A stretch of 64,000 nt of DNA from an uncultured virus (IMG/VR IMGVR_UViG_3300025759_000060) (taxonomy: Duplodnaviria; Heunggongvirae; Uroviricota; Caudoviricetes). Positions 39,401 through 45,416 of the stretch are shown here, piece after piece. Below the pieces are notes generated by a model. The model saw only the letters and a program-made list of their open reading frames with translations, was not told the origin of the DNA and did not search any database. Position numbers and translations under genes: made by a program. The DNA lies in the IMG/VR virus record IMGVR_UViG_3300025759_000060; one strand, given 5' to 3'. How positions within the stretch are numbered: position 1 is the first letter of the stretch; each line of letters starts with the position of its first letter.

Positions 39401-41943
39401 GGGTTGATATAAATAACAGTGGTAATATTGTTGTTTTTTCAAACCCCGGAGATAGCGATTCTACATCTGTTTATAACCGTCAGCATTTCGATGCTCTTAA
39501 AAATTATAATGAATACTTTAATCAGCCGTGCTGTGGGGCGCGCCACGGATGTTTTGAGCTTGTTTATTCACCAGATTCAGACATGTACGAAGCTAACTAT
39601 TATAATATAGCTACTGAGTTTGGAGATCCAAATTTCGCAGCACTGGGCATTACACTTGAGGGAGATGCAGGAGATGCTACAGAAAGACATTCAACTTTTG
39701 GGACAGATGTTTCTCTTAATGCTTCTGGTAATATACTAGCAGTTTCGCAAGAAGGTTTAAACTCTAAAGATGTGGCTGGCGTAGATTTTTATGACGTAAA
39801 GGTAGCTATTGATAATTTTACAATTCCGGCAACAAGAACTACTACCACTACTACTACGGCTTTGCCGCCGATGCCTTTAAAATATCATATTCCTGCTAGT
39901 GGAACATTTTTTCATTTTGGTGACGGAGTTAACTTCTATAATTCTGCAATAAGAGACTTTTCTATGGATGCCTCTGGTCATCACATAGCGGTTACATGTC
40001 CGAATAGAGCTATAAAAGGTGCTTTATCAAGTCAGGCTCCCGGCAGAGGCGTTATAATGTGTCGTAACGTTTCACAACATTCTGATTTTATTAGTGATAG
40101 AGCATGGGACCATAATTACGCTGATATTAGAACATTGAGGCACAATCCCCCTCCAGCATCAGGATTATTGTATGGAGCTTTTACTAGCAAAACAGAAGAC
40201 CCAAGAAAATCAGAATCCACATATGGACTTGGACAAGTTTATGATGTAAAGGGCGAGGTTGACACTTTTTCAACCATAAACTTTAACGGCTTCAATCGTA
40301 ATCATACAGGCTTGATATACGACATACAATCTAGTGTAAATCCAAGTGGAACTCTAGCTGTATTTGTTTACTCAGACATTTTAGCCGGACTAGGTGTACG
40401 GAATACTTTTCTTAAAAAGAAAGATTCTTATATTCAAGTTTTAGACCTTTCTGAAACTAGAGATAATGTAGTTAGACAAAGTTCCAGTGAAAATTTTCAA
40501 GCCTATATGCGTGGGATTCCTCCATATACTAAAGGTGATGGTCAGCCTAGTGGATTACTTTACGCTTCTGGTGTAGAAGCAGGCTATTCACAACAGAGTA
40601 ATGGAAACGTTTTGTATTATGATCCAAGCGTAGCAGATAATGGAACGATTATAATAGCTAGATATACAGATAAAAAACTTACCTATCGCATTATGAACAG
40701 CGGTGTGAGTTTTGGAGGAAATGGAACTTACAACTTTGATGGTAAATTAATAGGTGAGTTTGATTGTAATATGAATAGTAGAGATATAATGTATAATAGA
40801 CATCATTCTAAATATCTGCCAGCTGTCTTTCACTCGTCCTATATGCCTAGCGATTCTGATAATTGGATATCGGAGAAAGTGTATCCTCCAAACGCTACTA
40901 AAATGTACAAAGATTATAACGGCACGATGAGAGATAAACTAAAATCGTTTACTGGCGTTTTAACTTGGAACGATTATACAAGATACGATCACGGGCCTCT
41001 CGCAAGTAATTATGGCTACAATAGCGACATAAAAACAACTTCTATATCTAGTCAAGGTCATGTTGTAGCGTTTTTGAGATGTAAAGATTTGTCATCAGAG
41101 CCAATAGGATCTGTTTTCTACCCTCCAACTGGCATTAAATCAAATTCATATTATAATACGGAATACAAAAGAGCCGCAGATTCTCACTGGACAAAAATGC
41201 TTCATGACAAAGACACAACCAGAAGACTTATGTTTACTACAACTATTAAAGGAATTAATCCGGGTACAGCTTTCACTACAGATATTAATCATGTAGTTGA
41301 AAATACCAACCCAGAAAGTCGTAATAATAAATTTGCTATAAGACCACAACCATTTGAGCTTAGTAAAGATGGGAATAGTATAGTTGTTGGTAGTGGTCTT
41401 TATAGAAAAAATGTTAACAATCAATATTTAAATTCTTTCTTGATGAAAAATCCTTGGGACGATGTGAATGATTTAAGTAAATATTTTGAAGCAAGTTATC
41501 CACCAGAACTAATAGACAATTCGATTAATAAAGATGGCACAGTTATAGCTAGTCTATGGGGTCCACAATACGATGAAGTATATGAAAAATCATCCCATTT
41601 TGTTAGAAGCTCTCAAAACTATACTAGAGAGCCTGACATGACTTCACAATATGGCCTTCCAATAAGAAACTACATGATACAAGTATTCACTAGTGGAGAA
41701 AATGCCAGCTTTTGGCAACGACAAACAAGATTTTTTAAAGGAAATAGGTGTAAACACATAAGCCTTACAGCTTCTGGCGATTTAGTTGCTTACACAATGA
41801 CTGAAGACAACTGGCATAACAATTATTTTAAAAATGAAGATTTTTGGAAAAGTTCTGGCAGTAGAAAGACACTTGATGATCCAAGAAAGGGTTATATAAA
41901 TTTCTTAGAAGTCGAAAGTATAGGACACAAACCACCTACTTAA
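33454..41943 (+). CDS. Giant multidomain virion surface protein (2829 aa): propeller-like repeats and poly-Thr linkers
   Basis: Many blades of the type LNDSGNLL, INKDGTII, LNASGNILAVS; Thr runs at 37696-37731 and 39838-39858; TAATG coupling to the previous gene. Confidence 0.72.
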   Translation: MVVNYNKLFDDGKYQNITIDQGVQGDAFEMPTLDDFKMRLLKSESYVILYDFHSLPINLGVSQAASSSAPQLVKMRRHVTNPIDTTASMNRYSRPCQIPPEPEEFGDAFGKSGKDCEQATRIYNGGGKLNGSYRDKNGSFKDFSFKVYASSMLLKRRTAQLSNPYPVYKTGSANSVIESWKRANKFVTANNPRTDVSSLSKSSEAYKRYAATGEYATARRITFNMDDPRFSTEPTKHTTTVRAQLSEGLSAKGYPAFTGPILWKVIYGTGPTFGAGTINDKDMLVEGRNMIVGGSYAMIKKSDYDALIRTRRDLGLSIERFKKSGLFTEFEVEYDLPDLWECKFKLTKNNGQRIHDGRFDVTDKDIQAIPYSYDTIPSTAFYKPPKDSDIVSLGGGKYGTAASSRIPDTLTKIVTGDADFVELPDRGRAVYWQHYYKFNGDGEFAGVNPNNVEKFWDNGGTYQTTRPGYQTVYETEKFDYGKYVSQIPRLYYQASKSPSESIYFKNPSFPRPVQANGVQFVFNPKQIENGDNEVTAINYIDPNFATSSFFGRPKKKGVVKFSTYDVGEFTLEIVQANKISTTANAPNQQFKAYKLKTAGVDKQHRGLKSDFDTVLERWSNKKYSQKITFTDKTGKPDKLVLKQANIQNIPGVVNDFTSQWSQDYSFGATSRDLSSNDSVGQLAIQGTTNMSTHVYNEWYDRYGNLLGVSPQYNEIALKGITQLAATNNSRREYELIEYEVKAPSASQAGLPYGSTDIRVAAPNHTFFYEVRYIVQGSRSKAVELKNSGGSATKRNSYFGKYFTPVAGDSSGGNLSNDSTLPAGQQLPSRLDPTVYDAVPYVEFNEDGTKLLIAQKAIGKFSYIEKERDRDYRKGYLKIIDRVSTEGADNKVRISFDVDPTGQKSTYETAFFNDLEITAKKDRYMYKGFQDGKFGLSKDGAFIACYFTDGDRNNLNRYPPRLFLYKNMNAETEDKEYKSANEGGYFSPSVVQNNVPFNVPLNPNTNEYTYNAQENLDFLVEERPFDGLSVADPKDELTCIPYWRPEFLYPNRNQHLYVRYPFGDLDQSSTELPRYMNELRADYPLAKKAILSQINVIGYNPYDTSTNNIHKDSGYWRLAAIQDNVFFENGDNEPLTTDRTLSGSLGCISVQMRIDEGNPNSLTGIGEETLVLDTKTTSGWNPGTYNSRTIDYNYRPYFSFVGSLRALSTSNDFASQYTEYDSSQSYRTGKFTGQYGFGRVPIYDFTDAVESFIVRTKSDTGLSIGVGTHKFINIPYRYPVTFLVDDIKGVSIQTLKDETFNESEYKESTKIVRDRFGDTDYTETLDLRYTYVSPKTGQIKKKDYYSGSLILKITPEYFDNANNPPIVMVTMKRLVTTNGKSYDLTPEPVNIYPVETCDSSLLKAHILPDGTTLYGTTTTTTTTTTTTIPPGEPNFHFDRFYVKRKDDRFIEEEITPFTLSYSDYTTIAQEYLLPSRPPTYEELRNSSQAGKRYRKISIDSGARFSQIKLNDSGNLLIFKNKFIDDRTALGDLGALKTGVGLQGRTDFSFSYSQLQDAGGGNRQYGLYTDKALKSFAGYDRTKPNDPLPTNAHVFFGRTNDNFDENDINDFVINDSGNTLLYSPSEGSYKGNLLHGVADFDSTSINNSDALYELSGGEKSVAKQIKNAYGEKIKKFSLSKDNNVLAIIQENSQFLQHASQSILRGSAFGFGNATQIYPTTGTYPHNKPESFSNILVFDRTGDNNWAIRNSRSLSTTWEIPIGKPESVAFQAYEDIRINKDGTIIAGLRYENNSAVPSINLSTKRQDGNTNIYYNSSKAFGSNLNLSVDGGSDFQYKNGFYIDVWKYNSGDKRWDMLGAKNVGGLINELRYFTSGDKHSIRLTNNETAISRDYQDINYEINHEGNVLALTYRDKNIGKYHFQQIYAYNESKDEWIKTFSRDSRDSIAQTIQHFNIINSSSYTEDVKDNAGNIVYDPNKNFCYLHNRVDINNSGNIVVFSNPGDSDSTSVYNRQHFDALKNYNEYFNQPCCGARHGCFELVYSPDSDMYEANYYNIATEFGDPNFAALGITLEGDAGDATERHSTFGTDVSLNASGNILAVSQEGLNSKDVAGVDFYDVKVAIDNFTIPATRTTTTTTTALPPMPLKYHIPASGTFFHFGDGVNFYNSAIRDFSMDASGHHIAVTCPNRAIKGALSSQAPGRGVIMCRNVSQHSDFISDRAWDHNYADIRTLRHNPPPASGLLYGAFTSKTEDPRKSESTYGLGQVYDVKGEVDTFSTINFNGFNRNHTGLIYDIQSSVNPSGTLAVFVYSDILAGLGVRNTFLKKKDSYIQVLDLSETRDNVVRQSSSENFQAYMRGIPPYTKGDGQPSGLLYASGVEAGYSQQSNGNVLYYDPSVADNGTIIIARYTDKKLTYRIMNSGVSFGGNGTYNFDGKLIGEFDCNMNSRDIMYNRHHSKYLPAVFHSSYMPSDSDNWISEKVYPPNATKMYKDYNGTMRDKLKSFTGVLTWNDYTRYDHGPLASNYGYNSDIKTTSISSQGHVVAFLRCKDLSSEPIGSVFYPPTGIKSNSYYNTEYKRAADSHWTKMLHDKDTTRRLMFTTTIKGINPGTAFTTDINHVVENTNPESRNNKFAIRPQPFELSKDGNSIVVGSGLYRKNVNNQYLNSFLMKNPWDDVNDLSKYFEASYPPELIDNSINKDGTVIASLWGPQYDEVYEKSSHFVRSSQNYTREPDMTSQYGLPIRNYMIQVFTSGENASFWQRQTRFFKGNRCKHISLTASGDLVAYTMTEDNWHNNYFKNEDFWKSSGSRKTLDDPRKGYINFLEVESIGHKPPT

Positions 41944-41952
41944 TGGATTATT

Positions 41953-43023
41953 ATGTTTAATTTATCAGATAGAGTACGAGAAACATCATTAACAGAAGGC
42001 TCTGGAGCTGTCACTATAAATGACACTTACGGTAGCTTCCAATCATTTGCTAGTGGCGTTGGTGATGGCAATAAAACATTTTATGCTATAGAAAATAATG
42101 TAAGATTTGAAATTGGATTAGGAACTTTTAATGATGGTGTTTTATCTAGAGATTTAATATTTACTAGCACAGACCCTAGCGGTAATAAAATTAACCTTGA
42201 TGGCGTTTCTACAGTTTTTTGCACGTATCCTGCTACACACTCTGTCTTTGTTAACCCGGATGGTAATGTTTCTGGATTGCCGCCTAGATATAGTGGTATA
42301 GCTTGTCCAGATGGCTTAGTACAAACCAGAGCATTTATTGGTTCTGGAAATACTGGCAATGTTGCGTATTGGAGCGATGAAAATACTATAGGTGGAGATA
42401 ACACTTTTATTTGGGATTCTTCAGATACTACTCTATATGTTGATGGCAATATTGCTGTAAGCGGCTCTATCAAGGACGCTAAGTTCTATTCAAGTTCCGC
42501 AGGTTCTTTATTTCATGCTTACATTGATAATGGTGGAAATGACATTGTAGCCCTGCATATAACAGACGGGTCAGATCCCACTTGGAAATTAGGACTAAAA
42601 CCATATAGCACAGCCTTTGCAGACGCACCTACAAACGGATATGTTTACGGGGACATCGACAGCGTTGGCAATGTAGTGGATACAGATAATTTTTATATTA
42701 TGAATTATACTAATGGTTTTTTCATAACGCACAGAGGTGCAAATTTATTATACGTTGCTAAAAGCAACGGTGTCAGCATAAACAACAGCTCTTCAGTTGA
42801 AGTTCCTTTGACCATAAATTCAGCGTTAGGACAATCTTCTAATCTACAAGAATTTAAGAATAGCACTGGAAATACATTATTATCAGTTGACAAGGCGGGT
42901 TCACTTGTCTTTGACACACAAATAGCTAATGTGTCTGCTCCCAATAAATCCTTGTTTTATAGCTCAGATAATGACAAATTGGTATTTAAGGACAAAAATG
43001 GGTCTATACATGAGTTGTACTAA
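41953..43023 (+). CDS. Fibre-like structural protein (356 aa)
   Basis: N-terminal DRVRETS.T.G.G...FEIGLG...LSR...TVFCTYPA domain, paralogous to 45417. Confidence 0.7.
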   Translation: MFNLSDRVRETSLTEGSGAVTINDTYGSFQSFASGVGDGNKTFYAIENNVRFEIGLGTFNDGVLSRDLIFTSTDPSGNKINLDGVSTVFCTYPATHSVFVNPDGNVSGLPPRYSGIACPDGLVQTRAFIGSGNTGNVAYWSDENTIGGDNTFIWDSSDTTLYVDGNIAVSGSIKDAKFYSSSAGSLFHAYIDNGGNDIVALHITDGSDPTWKLGLKPYSTAFADAPTNGYVYGDIDSVGNVVDTDNFYIMNYTNGFFITHRGANLLYVAKSNGVSINNSSSVEVPLTINSALGQSSNLQEFKNSTGNTLLSVDKAGSLVFDTQIANVSAPNKSLFYSSDNDKLVFKDKNGSIHELY

Positions 43024-43026
43024 TTG

Positions 43027-43035
43027 GTGTATATT
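43027..43035 (+). promoter_or_regulatory. Putative late promoter GTGTATATT
   Basis: GTGTATA motif in the short gap ahead of the small-gene/neck cluster. Confidence 0.6.
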
Positions 43036-43065
43036 ATGTTAGATAACTAGGAATATAGGTGAATT

Positions 43066-43311
43066 ATGGCTACATTTTCAGTAGAGATAGCGGATCAGGA
43101 TGTTGAGCGTGTAATTGAGGCTATATGCGTAAATTACAACAGGCCAGATATGGTGGATGGTTTAGACAATTCAGAAAGCAAATCAGTTTTTGCCAACAGG
43201 ATCGTAAGACAATATTTATCCGAAAATGTGAGAAAGTACGAGTTAGACCTACTAAAACAAACCTTAGAGAATCAAGTAACAAACCCAGTAATCACGGACC
43301 CGCAGGTATAA
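43066..43311 (+). CDS. Small hypothetical protein
   Basis: AGGTGA RBS; TAATG coupling to the next ORF. Confidence 0.65.
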   Translation: MATFSVEIADQDVERVIEAICVNYNRPDMVDGLDNSESKSVFANRIVRQYLSENVRKYELDLLKQTLENQVTNPVITDPQV

Positions 43312-43481
43312 TGTTTATTTTTAGTCAATTTCCATTTTCAACTGGTTTGATGAATTTTTTTAACGGCGGTATAATTCCCTTAAACATTTCATTAAAAAGC
43401 ACAAAAACACACACACTCAATATTATTAAGACGCAAGATATTATCCTACAACTAAAAAGACAAAATCCAACAATATTATGA
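43311..43481 (+). CDS. Small hypothetical protein (56 aa, MFIFSQFPFS...)
   Basis: Start re-called from 43125 to the TAATG overlap at 43311. Confidence 0.5.
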   Translation: MFIFSQFPFSTGLMNFFNGGIIPLNISLKSTKTHTLNIIKTQDIILQLKRQNPTIL

Positions 43482-43544
43482 AAACAGTTAATGTTATTTT
43501 AAATATAGTTAGAACAAAAGATATTACTTTACTAAGGTAAAAAC

Positions 43545-43850
43545 ATGGCTAGCGAAATACATGTAGATAATGTAGGTACTAGATTTTCAATGACTGTTCA
43601 GGAAACTGGCAGCGGCGTAGATATTTCTAACAACTCTAGTATTACTATTTATATTAAAAGGCCAGATGATGAAATTATCACACGGAGTGGCATTCTGTTA
43701 GGCGATGGCACTGATGGTAAATTTCATTATGATACAATAGCAGGCGATTTAGACGAGGCGGGACATTACAAACTTCAAGCAAAGATAGCTTTGCCAAGCG
43801 GAACATATTATACTGATATATATGATTTTAAAACCCACTGTAACTTATAG
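43545..43850 (+). CDS. Ig-like (BppU N-terminal-like) structural domain protein
   Basis: IYIKRPD...GTDGKFHY....DLDEAGHYKLQAKI pattern. Confidence 0.6.
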   Translation: MASEIHVDNVGTRFSMTVQETGSGVDISNNSSITIYIKRPDDEIITRSGILLGDGTDGKFHYDTIAGDLDEAGHYKLQAKIALPSGTYYTDIYDFKTHCNL

Positions 43851-43858
43851 GTGCAAAT

Positions 43859-44377
43859 ATGTCGTGGCAAGGCCAAATTTCAACAATGGTTAGACACATC
43901 GTTAACGATGTAGATCCTTCCAATTACAAATATTCGGTAAAGCGTTTAGAAACAACAATTTTAGTAGCATGTCAATTGGTTTCAGAAGATGTAGATTTTT
44001 CAAACGATTACGTAGTTAATGTAGAACAGTGTTCGCTTTCTCCAGACCCTACAGATGATCCTAAAGATAATGTGTTTGTAAACTTGGCAACACTCAAAAC
44101 TGCTTGTATTATAATTGGTAGCGAGGTTAGAACAGAAGCATCTAATGCAATTTCTATTAAAGATGGACCATCTGCAATAGACTTAAGAGGTGTGGCAACC
44201 ACACTTACAATATTATATAAAGACTTGTGTGAAAAATATAATAAGTTAGTTTACGATTATGTTGCTGGAGGAAGCTTGGCTGGTCAAGCTATTCTCGGTC
44301 CTTATAGTCCCGGTAGCGACTTTGTTTCTAGGACTCACAGCGATTATGACCATAGAGGTGGATATTTTAGATATTAA
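43859..44377 (+). CDS. Putative head-tail adaptor/connector protein
   Basis: MVRHIVND.D..YKYS..RL helical start and ISIKDG..AID beta-hairpin; size and position fit. Confidence 0.55.
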   Translation: MSWQGQISTMVRHIVNDVDPSNYKYSVKRLETTILVACQLVSEDVDFSNDYVVNVEQCSLSPDPTDDPKDNVFVNLATLKTACIIIGSEVRTEASNAISIKDGPSAIDLRGVATTLTILYKDLCEKYNKLVYDYVAGGSLAGQAILGPYSPGSDFVSRTHSDYDHRGGYFRY

Positions 44378-44391
44378 AGGAGATTACAAAA

Positions 44392-45402
44392 ATGTCAGTA
44401 AAAAATAGTACAGATCTTAAAAGTACCATAAATTCAGAGCTAGCTGATAACAATGCTGGTGCTATTTCTGCACTAGATATTAGACATAATATGGTCGATA
44501 TAGTTGATTCTATTGTTCCAGTTGTTGCTAGCGGTGATTTTTCAACTTATCCATTTGATAATGGAATTGTAAAATTTAAAAGTGTTATAGATGTTGGTAG
44601 TGGTTTGTTTTTTGACACTGACAATACTGCACATTTAGATGGAGACGAAAAATATCAATGGGAGCCATATCCCGGCAGCGGTAATGTTAGTCATGACACC
44701 TTGGCTGACTTAGACACGGGCGATAAACATACTCAGTATATTTCTGTTAGTGGAATAAGAATGATGACTGGTAATTTTGGCTTAGGTGGAATAACTGAAA
44801 ACTGGATTAACCATAGTGGAGAAGCAACACTTCTAGAAACTGACAATCACGGATTGCATTTTTCTATGACCAATCCAGAGGCTGCAAAGTATGGGGAAGT
44901 CATTCACGTTGGTAGCGGTAATCAAGGAGGGATGGAAAATACCTATACTAAGTTTAAGTTTGATTACGATAATTCAGAATATCACACCGCTAAGACAAAT
45001 GCTTTAGCGTGGATTAGCTTTAACGGCTCTGCATATTTAAATGGATCTTTAAGTGATAGTGGGTTAAGTGGGATTGCTGTTACTAGCTCTTACAACATTT
45101 CTGCAATCCAAGCTAGTGGCGCTGGAACTTACAAGATCTTTTTCAAAGACGGACTTTTGGGTGCTGGTAACACTAACTACGCAGTTATTGCTCACAGCAA
45201 TGGCACAACTTCTAATAGTAGTCCACAAAGTATGGACTTAGTTACTCCAGCGGTAGTTGTAAGAGAAGATGATTTCTTCACCTTGGCTGTTAGAAATGAT
45301 AATGGCGAATTTGTTAATTCAAGAAGAAATGACATAGTTGTGTATGGACTTCAAAGTGGCGTAATACCGGAGGCTTCAATTACTGTTCAAAACTTTACCT
45401 AA
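44392..45402 (+). CDS. Fibre-like structural protein (336 aa)
   Basis: N-terminus paralogous to 15320; HDTLADL...DKHTQY motif; C-terminal ALAWISFNG...YNISAI...GTYKIFF...NYAV domain. Confidence 0.65.
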   Translation: MSVKNSTDLKSTINSELADNNAGAISALDIRHNMVDIVDSIVPVVASGDFSTYPFDNGIVKFKSVIDVGSGLFFDTDNTAHLDGDEKYQWEPYPGSGNVSHDTLADLDTGDKHTQYISVSGIRMMTGNFGLGGITENWINHSGEATLLETDNHGLHFSMTNPEAAKYGEVIHVGSGNQGGMENTYTKFKFDYDNSEYHTAKTNALAWISFNGSAYLNGSLSDSGLSGIAVTSSYNISAIQASGAGTYKIFFKDGLLGAGNTNYAVIAHSNGTTSNSSPQSMDLVTPAVVVREDDFFTLAVRNDNGEFVNSRRNDIVVYGLQSGVIPEASITVQNFT

Positions 45403-45416
45403 TACGGAAGAATTAA

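Noticed and set aside
22382..41943. Diversity-generating retroelement targeting the giant adhesins
   Set aside because: No reverse transcriptase and no TR/VR pair with adenine-specific mismatches were seen by eye in this window.
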